A DNA stretch of 58,138 bases, filler included, from Circinaria calcarea (lineage: Eukaryota): the NCBI GenBank assembly GCA_051942165.1. It is 5 parts of 5 records of this genome, joined end to end, with 100 filler letters (N's around TTAATTAATTAA, not from the genome) between each part and the next. Parts side by side here need not be neighbours in the genome. Positions count along the whole stretch, not along the records: positions 11,653 to 23,203 come from JAVECS010000669.1; 4 more parts are not named here. One strand, 5' to 3'. Under the pieces are notes generated by a model. The model searched no databases. It saw only the letters and a list, made by a program, of their open reading frames with translations, and was not told the DNA's origin. The position numbers were made by a program, and so were the translations under genes. Each line of letters opens with the position of its first letter. Within the stretch, counting starts at the first letter, position 1. Positions 11,653-23,303 of this stretch are shown here, in pieces.

Positions 11653-13942
11653 GGTCGCTTTCGTGAAAAGTGGAGTTGTGCAAGATCCTAAAAAGGGGCG
11701 TTGGATGGATACTTTGAATCACGAGGTAATAATCCATGGAAAAATGGGCGGGAGAGGACATTTGATTTCCGAGGGAAAAAGTAGAATGGGAGATTGGGCT
11801 AAGATCCTGTAGATCCATTTATTTTTCTGATGATCAGAGTGTTATGGCGCGACGCCATACCCTGGCAGGCCGAGTGCCGGAACGGAGGAACCAGGAGCCG
11901 AGGGCTCCCGGGTGCTCCCAGGGCTTGGCAGGGAGCAGTGGGAGCACGTCACGTGTTATGCTCCCGGTGGCTCCCAGGGATCCCAGGGATCAGAGGGATC
12001 ACTGGGGAGCGTTGATATTATATAAACAGGCTGTTCCGCGTTCATTAGAATAGCATGTTTATAGACCGTGTTCAATATTACTCTTTAGTATTGAGCCTAG
12101 GGCAACAGTTCAACTACACCCTATGTAACCGTGCTATCACCAATCGGGACTTATCATATTCCTCAATAGGCCCCAAGGATTGCAGCGCCCTTACACAGAG
12201 CTGATACCGGTTTATCCCCTAACCGAGGGCTCGGGCGGGACGAATTGTGCACGCAAGTATCTTGAGGGATAGAACAGGAATGTAATCAAGTAGACAAAAA
12301 TACCTCTAACATAAGCTATTCTATTTTAGATACAGCGAACACGTTTAGTGTCTGGTACTGAAACTCTGCATAGCACCAACGAGTCCAAGAAACCCACCAA
12401 ACCTTCTACGACATAAAGCCTACATTCCACAACTATATATAATTTAAAGACATTCCAACAACAGAGTTCCTGCATCTCGAAAACAACACGCCAAGAACAA
12501 TGTGAAATTCCCGTTCGATTAACAGCTCGAATATCCTTCAGAGAAGTGCAGGAAGTGACTGGACGATAGTAAATGGAATAGACACTTTGACTTACACCAG
12601 ACGAGTTGCAAACCCAAGCTCGGATTTAGAGATTCCGGTAGCTGATCTTACCAACAAAGATAAAATCTCTTTATTTTTTTATATAACCATTGACAGTGAG
12701 CACAATCCCCATCGTGCACTCGACAGTTGTGTTTAAATATTTGCCAAAATGCGAAATAGTCAACTTGATATAGCAAACGGGTAAATCGAACATGTAGTAG
12801 CCGTCTTCATGTTGTGACCCAGCTTGGAGCAAGTTCGGTCCAAGTCTTTATTCGCATGATTCGTAAAGCGATTGAAGCTGAAAGAGACAAAAGGCGTCCC
12901 AATCGAAGTTGCAAAAATCTACGGCTGGAGGTCTTGCCACGAGCGAAAACTTGACAAGTCGCAGAAATGATCATGAGGTAGACTTTGTTGCAGATGATTC
13001 AACAGCCCAGTTTATGCGAGAGGTGCAAAGACGGCGAGGTGAATGATGTAGAAGCAATGGTAGCGACATTTGAGGATATATCTATACAGCGATCTACAAT
13101 CTAGCGATGTCAGTCTCTGTACATGTCATATGCTGCTTACCCTCTAGGTTGACAATGGGGATAAGTGGCGAAAATGGTGGCGTAGATAGGGAGTTGTAAA
13201 CCAGTCAAATTCGACTCTAGGAATGACTGCATCTTCCTATGCCGTTGTTTGAGGCATAATATTAGGGAGTCGTCATCCGATTACTGTATTAAATGATGGC
13301 GACAACGATCCATGTTTGCATTGGTGGAATCTACGGGCGGAAACATGGCGAGTCATAGGAATTGATGCGATTATAATTTTAGGTGACGTGCAGATTCGTT
13401 GCACATAGACAGGCGACATTGTGCGAGTCGATACTTGCAGATGAGTGAAGCCCGAAACTGGTGAAGCTGATGTGCCATAGTATTACAATCTGATGAACAA
13501 GCTGATGAGGACCTTGCGACACCATGGTATCATGCCGACACGCCGAATGTTGATCCGGAGCCCCAACTTAGCAGAAGGAAATCCAGCAGAAGCGAAGAAT
13601 GCCGAGACATCTGAACAGCCTGAAGGTCCGCCACCAGTCAAAGTCCCGACGAATCGAATAAACTGAGCCCCTGCCGAGTCGGAAAGAGAAACATGCTGAC
13701 AATTTGTTTTTGGTTGGAAAAAGAGGCACCATTTTGAGCTGAAACAGACGCCAGTTGAGTAGTAACCGAGCTGACCTTGACGATGAGACCTTTGCAAAGC
13801 AAGAGCATTGAACCGAGACCTAAGACCACTACTGCGGCCGTGGTTTGCAGTTCCATCAAGAGATCCCATCGGAAAGGATGCACAGGTATGGGCGCTTTAT
13901 TTGGCAGGGCGCTCCGTACCTGAATAGATCAGCTGGCCGCAA

Positions 13943-15025
13943 TCATCTACGGGAGTACCTATCGTCAAAATTACGGTCGTCATAGCCTCGACCACCGTAT
14001 GGCTCTCGAGTATCCCTCGAAGGCGCCGAATCGCCGTAAGCAGCAGTGTTGCTAGAACGACCACCATCTCTACCACCATAGTCACGACGATCATCTCCGC
14101 GATCTCCGCGATCTCCACGGCTGCTGTATCGATCATCGCGTCCGGAAGAAGCGTAGCGATCGATGCCACGAGAACCGTAGTCATCGCGGCGATGGGATGA
14201 GTAGCGCTCACGGTCGTCGTAACGGGATCTATAGTTATCTCCACGATCGCTACGGTACCCACCTCCGTAACCACCTCCGTAACCACCTCCACGACGATCG
14301 TCGAATCGACGTGGGGGACCGCGCATATCGTCATCTAGCTGTCGTATCAGTCTTAATCGAGAGAAGATATGACTAAACTTACCTCGCTTTGGAGGACCAA
14401 AGTACTTTCCTGGAGTGGGAGTTCTAGGACGAGCTCGCCGAGCTTTCTCAATACTCAAAGTGCGACCATCAATAACCTCACCCTGGAGACCCTCCTTCGC
14501 GGCATCAGCCTGCTCTGCAGTCACCATCTTCACAAACCCAAATCCACGAGATTCTTGGGTATGAGGATCTTTCATGATCGAACATCCTTCAACGTCGCCA
14601 TATTTCTCGAAAAGGCGAGAGACTTCGCCCTCTGATAGACGGGGGTGAATGCCTGTAACGAAAAGGTTTGAGCCTGGATTGCGAGCAGAGCTATCACGAT
14701 CATCTTGGCCACGGTTATCGGCAGGAGGTGGGCCACTAATAATGGAATCAGTTGAAGTCGATCAACTTCAGTAATAAGACACATACCGAGAATTCATACG
14801 GCCGTTTGGTGAAGCACTCCTATCACGACCTCCACGGTAGTTGTCTTCACGCTTCATAGGACGCGGTGATGCGCTACGATCACGCTCATAACGTGGTTCT
14901 TCTACGCGTTGATAAAATCACATTAGCGACTTTCATACCCTTTGATAGAATGTTGCAGCTTCAATCATGTAGATGAGCTTACCATCAAAGCGGCCATTCT
15001 CATTCTCGTAGTCCATAGTCGCCAT
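13943..15025 (-). CDS. Transformer-2-like SR RNA-binding protein (single RRM plus RD/RG-rich tail), 4 exons
   Basis: NPGSNLFVTGIHPRL (RNP2), RGFGFV (RNP1) and RARPRTPTPGKYFG, the Tra2-type post-RRM motif. Introns 14902-14982, 14736-14799, 14335-14382. Confidence 0.88.
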
Positions 15026-15391
15026 ATTCGTTAGTTTCGAGGGTCAAGTGCTTCAAGAAGGACTTAGGACTTAAAGATGGCTATCGAGACTGTAGTATCT
15101 AAGGTAGATATGCACACCTTGCTTTTCGAGACCAATAAGTTGGAGAGTGATATGGATGGAAGGTGAAGGGTGCAAAGGTGTTGTTGGCAAATGAAGCACA
15201 GCTGAAAGTGAATTTCTTTGCGACCTGAGCCGCTAGGGAAAATGTAACGCCGAAACAAAAGCCGCAGATCCTCTGATATATGGTTCCACCGTCAACGCAC
15301 CTCCACCCCAGACGGATGCTTCGCCTTGTCACAGCACTGGAATCGCAAAACGGAAAACATTCTCAACTATTCGAGTTGAAAGAGTGTCAAG
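15026..15391. promoter_or_regulatory. Probable bidirectional promoter between two splicing-factor genes
   Basis: Only 366 bp separate the divergent start codons of the Tra2-like gene and SF3B1. Confidence 0.6.
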
Positions 15392-18300
15392 ATGTCAGAC
15401 GGTAAGTACCCATAATCATGGATTAACGACGGTGAGCTAATTAGACCAGCCGACTTCGAATCCATCAAACGTCTGCAGGCTGAGCGCAACGCAGCCGCTG
15501 CAGGCAAAAAAGGTTCAAAGACTTTTGATCCGTCCAGCCAGCGAACTGACGTATCGACAAAGGCTTCCCTGACTGATAATTTCGATAAGGAACTCTACGA
15601 CCAGAATGGAGGCGATAAATTCGCCGGATACAATACCACCATCGCAGTCGATGGTGAGGATGATGATATGCCAGACGCTGACGGCGATAATAGCCGACGG
15701 CTGGTGGGACAGTACACAGCTACAAAGGATCAGATGAACGAGTTTGCTAGAGGCAATGGAGTTGAAGAAGAGGATATTCTACTTGGGCGTGAGAAGTCAG
15801 CCAGAATCGCAGATCGCGAGACTGACTATCAAAAGCGCCGTTTAAACCGTGGTCCCTTGACTCCCACCCGTGCGGATCCATTTGCTGCCAATCGACAAGC
15901 AGGTGTTGACGATGAAGGTCAAAGCTACCGAGAGATCATGGCGGCGAGAGACCTCGAAAAGGAAGAAGCGAGGGTCAAGCGGCTGATTGCGGAGAAACAG
16001 GAAAAGGGTGAAGACGGAGTAGTCGAACACCAAGCTACGCTCAAACCGGAAGACAGCAGCGATAAGGAAAACAAGGAAGCTGGCTCTGCGGTCACAGTGG
16101 CTACAGGAAGAAAACGAAAGCAGCGATGGGATATATCTACAGAAGGTGCTGCTGCATCAGAAGATGCAAAGTCTACCATAAAGAAATCCAGATGGGACGA
16201 GACACCCGTGCCTGGTAGTGCTGGAGTAGAAGCTACACCACGGAGATCTCGATGGGATCAAGCACCATCTCTCGTTGGAGCCACACCTGTCGGGCAATCT
16301 GGTTTAGCTACACCCATGCACCCATCGCAGTCTGGAGGTGCGCTCATCCCTACCGCTTTTGGTACAGACATTTCATCGCGCAATGCTCCTTTATCAGATG
16401 AAGAGCTTGATCTTATGCTACCGACTGAAGGGTACAAGGTCCTTGACCCACCCCCCGGATATGAGCCCATCCGTACGCCTGCGCGCAAACTTATGAGCAC
16501 ACCGGCACCAATCGCCAGTACTACTGGCTATGGAGGTTTTATGATGCAAGAACCTGAAGATGCCCGCGCAATGGGTAAGCAGCTTCCTACCGAAATACCT
16601 GGAGTTGGAGATTTGCAGTTTTTCAAGGCTGAGGATATGGCATACTTTGGCAAGCTCGTCGACGGCGGAGATGAGAATGCCATGTCAGTGGAGGAACTGA
16701 AGGAGAGGAAAATCATGCGATTGCTGCTCAAGGTCAAGAATGGCACTCCGCCAATGCGAAAGACCGCACTTCGTCAACTGACGGACAACGCAAGACAGTT
16801 TGGAGCCGGCCCACTGTTCAATCAAATCCTGCCACTGCTCATGGAGAAGACGTTGGAAGATCAGGAGCGGCATCTTTTGGTCAAGGTCATTGACCGTGTT
16901 CTCTACAAGCTCGACGACCTAGTAAGGCCGTACGTCCACAAGATCCTTGTCGTCATCGAGCCTTTGCTCATTGACCAAGATTACTACGCTCGAGTTGAGG
17001 GTCGTGAAATCATTTCCAACCTGAGCAAGGCAGCTGGCCTTGCTCACATGATCAGCACGATGAGACCTGATATTGACCACGTTGACGAGTATGTGAGAAA
17101 CACCACCGCTCGTGCATTTGCAGTCGTGGCGTCAGCGCTTGGTATACCCGCTTTACTGCCGTTCCTGAGAGCTGTCTGCAGAAGTAAGAAATCTTGGCAA
17201 GCTCGGCACACTGGAGTCAAGATTGTCCAGCAAATTCCCATTCTCATGGGATGCGCTATTCTTCCACATCTGAAGGGATTAGTCGATTGCATTGGGGGCA
17301 ACCTGAACGACGAGCAGGCCAAGGTCAGAACAGTAACTAGTCTGGCCATTGCTGCCCTTGCCGAAGCTGCCAATCCATATGGTATTGAGAGTTTTGATGA
17401 GATTTTAAACCCTTTATGGACCGGAGCGCGGAAGCAAAGAGGAAAAGGTCTGGCAGGCTTTCTCAAGGCCGTCGGTTATATCATCCCTCTTATGGACGAA
17501 GAATATGCCAATTACTACACCGCTCAGATCATGGAGATTTTGCTTCGAGAGTTTTCATCCCCGGACGAGGAGATGAAGAAGGTGGTCCTCAAGGTGGTTT
17601 CGCAATGTGCTGGCACAGATGGTGTCACCGCCGGATATCTGAAGGAGCATGTCTTGACCGAGTTTTTCAAGAGCTTCTGGGTTCGTCGAATGGCTCTCGA
17701 CAAGAGGAACTATCGTCAGGTAGTGGAGACTACCGTAGATCTCGGTCAAAAGGTTGGTGTTGGTGAGATTGTCGAAAGGATTGTCAACAATCTCAAGGAT
17801 GAGAGCGAAGCATACCGCAAAATGACCTTGGAGACTGTTGAAAAAGTAATAGCAAGCTTGGGAGCTGCGGATATTGGAGAACGTCTCGAAGAACGTCTTG
17901 TTGATGGAGTCTTGCATGCCTTTCAAGAGCAGAGTGTGGAGGACATTGTCATGCTCAATGGGTTCGGTACGGTGGTAAACGCGCTAGGCACTCGCTGCAA
18001 GCCATACCTACCGCAGATTGTCAGTACCATTCTCTGGCGCCTGAACAACAAATCAGCGACGGTACGTCAACAGGCTGCTGACTTGATCTCTCGGATTGCC
18101 ATGGTCATGAAGCAATGCGGTGAAGATGCCCTTATGGGTAAGCTTGGTATTGTGCTTTACGAATACCTTGGTGAAGAGTATCCCGAAGTGCTTGGATCTA
18201 TCCTTGGCGCTTTACGATCCATTGTCACCGTCGTTGGTATCAACTCCATGCAACCGCCTATCAAAGATCTGCTACCTCGCCTGACACCTATCCTCCGTAA

Positions 18301-19188
18301 TCGACATGAAAAGGTACAAGAGAACACCATCGACCTTGTCGGCCGTATTGCCGATCGTGGTCCTGAAAGCGTCAATGCTAGAGAATGGATGCGGATATGC
18401 TTCGAACTGCTCGACATGCTCAAAGCCCATAAGAAAGGTATCCGCCGTGCCGCCAACAATACTTTTGGTTTCATCGCCAAAGCTATCGGTCCTCAAGATG
18501 TCCTCGCCACTCTTCTCAACAACCTTCGAGTACAAGAGCGACAATCCCGTGTTTGCACCGCCGTCGCCATAGGTATCGTCGCAGAGACTTGCGCGCCCTT
18601 CACTGTCTTACCCGCGCTCATGAATGAGTACCGTGTCCCAGAACTTAACGTACAGAATGGAGTCCTCAAATCTCTTTCCTTCCTCTTTGAATACATTGGA
18701 GAAATGGCGAAAGATTACGTCTACGCAGTGACACCCCTTCTCGAAGACGCCCTCATCGACCGTGACCAAGTCCATCGTCAAACCGCCGCGTCAGTCGTCA
18801 AGCACGTTGCTCTCGGCGTCGTAGGCTTAGGCTGCGAAGACGCGATGTTACATCTTCTGAACCTTCTCTACCCCAATCTCTTCGAGACATCACCGCACGT
18901 TATCGACCGGATTATCGAGGCTATTGACGCTATACGCATGGCTGTCGGTACGGGCATGGTAATGAACTATGTCTGGGCTGGATTATTCCACCCCGCGAGG
19001 AGGGTCAGGCTTCCGTACTGGCGGGTAAGTCTCCCATTTCATTCCTTCTAGGTCAGCACCATACTGACAATGGGTTTTTGTAGCTGTACAACGATGCCTA
19101 TGTTCAAGGAGCTGACGGCATGGTACCTTATTATCCCAACCTGGATGAAGAGAAGTTGAATAGACACGAGTTGGCGATTGTGCTGTAG
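15392..19188 (+). CDS. SF3B1: Splicing factor 3B subunit 1 (Hsh155/Prp10/SAP155); exons 15392-15401, 15450-19024, 19084-19188
   Basis: RWDETP/RWDQ motifs, [24 protein letters not shown] repeats, and final exon [18 protein letters not shown]. Confidence 0.98.
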
Positions 19189-20373
19189 AGATGCTGGATG
19201 CGCTGGTTGTTACTGGAGTTTTGGTAGGATGATGAGGAGATTTATTTTACATTGATATGATAGTTGGGTCAGATGGTTCGGAGATCTTTCAAAATAAGCA
19301 ACCTGTAATCCCATGAATTCACTTGAACTACCCATCCTTCATCATGATAGCAGTGATGAATGTTTTTCATTCTCCAGTCCTCTGTCTAATCCACACCTAG
19401 TCCCTTCTCCCCCCATTTCCCCATCCTTACCCATCCTTCTCCTGCGTTTGACAATATGCATGTCCGTCTACAACCCACTTTCATCCCTAGGTTATAAACT
19501 CCACATCACTACCATATTTACATTCTACATTCTACGGCGAGGAGGGCTCCTTGCGACCAGAACCAGCTGGAAAGCAAAATGCCCCCCTCTTGCATAGGCC
19601 CGGTGCCTATCCCGTGACCACCCGTCACTGCGTCCCCCGGTTCCGCCACCCTAGACCTCCTGCTCCGGCGCATCTAACCTGAGAGAGAACTGTGGAGAGG
19701 AGAAGAAGAAGAAAGGGTGGTTAGCTGGGTTTTTGGATTGTGTTTTGTATGGACAAGGAGGTTAGGAAGGGAAGGGAAGGGGAAAGTGACCGACTTACCT
19801 TTCCGTTGTTCTCTTTTTAGCCACCAGCACCTTTTGGCCTCTACAACCGACCGTATGCTGAGGTGAGGTGTTAGTCTGAGTAGTTGGTTTGAAGAAGAAG
19901 GAGAGAGAGAGAGGGAGGAGTGGGAAGGGAGACTTACCGATGGCAGCCGAAGCTGCCTGGTGTGCGTGCTCCGTTCTGATGGGAGACGTGATGGTTAGCA
20001 TGACAGAGTTGGTTGATGAAAGGAAGATTAAGTGAGTGAGGAGTGAGTGAGGAGGGGATAGACGGGAGGGACTTACGAGCAACGACACCAATTCTCGCCA
20101 CCAGGTCGACTCGGCCCACCCAACCCTCCATGCCGATGTTGCCCTGTCCCTGCGGTGAGAGTGAGGTGACTGACCCTTGATACTTACCTCGGGTCCTGGT
20201 TAGCCATCAAGGAGAAGGAGAAAAGGAGAAGCTGTAATCAGCAAAAAGCAGCAGAAAGAAAGGAAAAACTCGGTCTGTTTTTGGACAATTTACCGCCTTG
20301 GAAAGTACCAAGGTCGGCTCCGACGCCTACTTCCACTCCTTCCGCCGAATCCTGCTCCTCTGAGCCAGGCGCA

Positions 20374-21548
20374 TCAAGCAAGCACTGGGGATCCTGTGTC
20401 ACTGTCATCGTTTTCCTCTGTGCTGTCCTCATACTCCTCATACTCCTCGTCCCAGGCGCCCCAGGTGTCGGTGTACCACCGTGAGACTTCGAGGGTTGTG
20501 TTGGCCTCGAGTGCAAAGGTCACCTAGAGAGAAGATGTTAGTGAGATGGGTATGTGGGAAGGAAGGTTGAGGTAAGTGGTGATGAGTGAACGTCAAGTGC
20601 TTGAGTGAAGAAGTGGAGGTAAGGCAGTGGGAGGCAGTACAGTACAGAGTTTGACTTTACAGAGGAACGAGCAAGGCAGTGCACTGCGTTGTGAACAGAA
20701 CAGTGTGGAGCAGTGTGTTGGCAGCAGAGTGTCCTGCAGTGCAGTGAAGTACAGTGCAGGCAGAGCAGTGCAGGCAGAAGATGAAGATGGAAGGGTCAAA
20801 GTGGTAGATTCAGGACGGTGGTATCATGATGGAAGAATCAAGGGAGTGGCGATGGTGAAAGATGAAGGTAGAAGATGAGGATGGATGATGGAGGTTGAAG
20901 AGGAAGGTGGAAGCTGGAAGCTGGAAGTGGAAGGTGGAAGAAGAGGGTGAAAGAAGGTAGAAGATAAAGGAAAAGGTGGAGGCTGGGAGAAGTGTTGAAG
21001 TAAAACGCGTTAGTGTGAACGGAATCGGAGTGAATTGCGTTTTGGTGAGCGCGTTGGAGCAAACACATTGGCAGTCCAGCGCGTTGGCCAGAACGCGTTT
21101 GAGGATAATGTACGAAGGGTGAAGTCTAGTTACTGGGTAAGAAAGGAGCAAATACTTACAGTCTTCTTCTCCTCAGTCTCAGAAGCACTGCCGCATATCT
21201 TGCTGAGCAAGGACCGCGTACCCTGAGCCAGAGAATCTGACCAGAGACGCAGTCTGTTTGTAAGCGTTGATGCCTCCAGAGGCTGTTTCTTCAGGCACGA
21301 CCGCAGCTTTCTTTTCGCAAGGGGAGGAGGCCGAGACCTCCATCTTGCTAGAGAGAAGCAAGCGACGCCCACGCCTACCGTCGCTGCTGCCACCACTATG
21401 GTAGAGGGGTGGAGGTTAGTGGTTGTGATGGTTGTGTGCTTGGGTCTGCAGGAATGAGGTGGCTGGAGGGGGTAAACAGAGAGGACTCACCCAAAGGTCT
21501 GTCCACCGCAAGGTCCAAAGCGTGCTTGAGCACCTCGTGTTGAAGCAT
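20374..21548 (-). CDS. Unannotated 147-aa protein: N-terminal hydrophobic segment, SILK-like and RVxF-like PP1-docking motifs, acidic tail; exons 21548-21491, 21395-21160, 20523-20374
   Basis: Two canonical introns (GTGAGT...ACTAAC...TAG; GTAAGT...ACTAAC...TAG) join in frame to give MLQHEVLKHALDLAVDRPLVVAAATVGVGVACFSLARW...LRSCLKK...EEKKTVTFALEANTTLEVSRWY...DEEYEEYED...VLA*. Confidence 0.62.
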
Positions 21549-21900
21549 TGTGAAATGCAGAGAGAGAGAGTGTGTATGTGTGTGAGAGAGAGAATGTGTG
21601 TATGTGTGTGATGAGTGCGCTTATTTGCTTTCAACAATGAATTGTATCAGCTCGTAAGGTAACCCTTGAGGAAAAGAAGAAGAAGAAGAAGAGGAAACAC
21701 AAAATGTTGTGCGAATAAGTAGCCGGTTGCAACGGCGCTAGCAGCTTCATTCACTTGTGGTTGTTTACGAACTTCAGGCCGGCGTGGGAGGATCGGGAGC
21801 TATTGGTCTCCGTGGCACTTCCGATGAGCCGATTAGGGCCTTTTCTTTGGTATTTGGCATATACGTAATGCCGGCGCCGAACCAAGTACGTGTTGAGCAT

Positions 21901-22163
21901 AAAGGGGGGCTAAGAGGAGAGTGGCGAATATCACCAACTTGCGGGTAGCAGCAGCAAACTTTTACATTACACTTTCGTCCCTTGCATCACACAGGACATA
22001 CTGCTTGCAAGCTTCCTTGTGACACTTGACTTATTCATGATACCGCGCCGAGTAAAAGATGGACTTGTTCAAAAAAGGGGCGAAGAGGAGAGTGACGAAT
22101 ATCACCATCGTCAACGTTCTTCGCCGTCAGCTCTCCGAATTCTTGCAGCACACAGGATATCCT
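21901..22163 (+). repeat. Imperfect direct repeat, two copies ~165 bp apart
   Basis: AAGAGGAGAGTGGCGAATATCACCA...CTTGCATCACACAGGACATACT versus AAGAGGAGAGTGACGAATATCACCA...CTTGCAGCACACAGGATATCCT. Confidence 0.7.
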
Positions 22164-22765
22164 CAAATCGCATGAAGCCACACTGAACAAAGATGCTCTT
22201 TGGCATACAACGAGTCATGAGAGTGGAAGACACAACCAACATCAGTCTCCCACATCGGGGAAGCCCTGGCAGCGTTTCTACACCGACCAGCTAACACCCA
22301 TACAGACTCCCGATGCCTTCCTCCCGTTCTGAATGCAGCATTTGATATACGCATCTCCAACCTAGGGCCGTCGACCAAAAGATATTCTCAAAGTCATTTA
22401 AAGGCTGAAGACGCCCCTGTGATAGGCACACCAAGCTAGAGCATAAATACAACGACGATAGATACACAATCCAGTACAATCTAGCCGCAGGAGATATAAA
22501 CAAGTTAGGAACCATCTTTTCCCCCAAAAAAATAAATACAATGACCACACAGCTTTCCAATCAAGCAGCAGAGCTTTAAAATCCAAAGCGGAAGCCCATC
22601 CTCTTCCCAAAACAGCTTGAACCAACAATGGCGCGGGGATAGTCGATAAGAAACCCAGCTCCAATCTAGTTCATCATAGCTAGCCCCATTCAACCAAAAC
22701 CCCATTGATCTCTCAAACCTTCACCACCACCCCCAACAAGAAAATAACGACTCGCTCCCAATCTA

Positions 22766-22908
22766 TCCCTTAGACGGTTGCTCTGGCAGACCGAACCGTG
22801 CGTTTCTTGGATATAAGGTCGGGATTGGTCAAGCTAGCTGGCACGGACCAGAAGCCGGAGTATGCACGAGTACACGGTTCGGTCTGCCAGAGGCAACCGT
22901 CTAAGGGA
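22766..22908. mobile_element. 143-bp MITE-like element, ~35-bp terminal inverted repeats, TA on both flanks
   Basis: TCCCTTAGACGGTTGC-TCTGGCAGACCGAACCGTG (22766-22800) is the reverse complement of 22873-22908 except one indel. TA at 22764-65 and 22909-10. Confidence 0.8.
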
Positions 22909-23203
22909 TAACGGGTTCAGAAACCCCCCCTCTCTCCCACAACCTCTTAACTACACCAAAAAAAACCCCCCCACCAACAACCCACCCAGCACCATTTCAT
23001 TCCCAGCCGAACCACCCCCTTCCGCCTAGCCCAGTGCCCGTCTCCGAACCCCCTTTCCACTCTACCCAACCCAAGGTGAAACCAAAAACCCCTTTCCCTT
23101 CATCCTCATCTGGAATAATAATACTGTATCATCCTTCACCGTCAGTCACGTGACAGTCGTCTTTTCTCGGTTTCCTTTCCTTTAACCCCTTTAGATTTCC
23201 CCC

Positions 23204-23303
23204 NNNNNNNNNNNNNNNNNNNNNNNNNNNNNNNNNNNNNNNNNNNNTTAATTAATTAANNNNNNNNNNNNNNNNNNNNNNNNNNNNNNNNNNNNNNNNN
23301 NNN
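23204..23303. other. Artificial contig-concatenation linker
   Basis: N44-TTAATTAATTAA-N44. Confidence 0.98.

Noticed and set aside
12124..12340. TGTAA...TTACA segment as a solo LTR
   Set aside because: No target-site duplication, primer-binding site or second copy found.
13897..14334. 145-aa hydrophobic Val/Ile/Thr-rich ORF
   Set aside because: Alternative frame of the RD/RG-rich tail of the SR gene; the composition is the expected frameshift product.
15842..18696. Many short antisense ORFs within SF3B1
   Set aside because: Shadow ORFs of a highly conserved gene.
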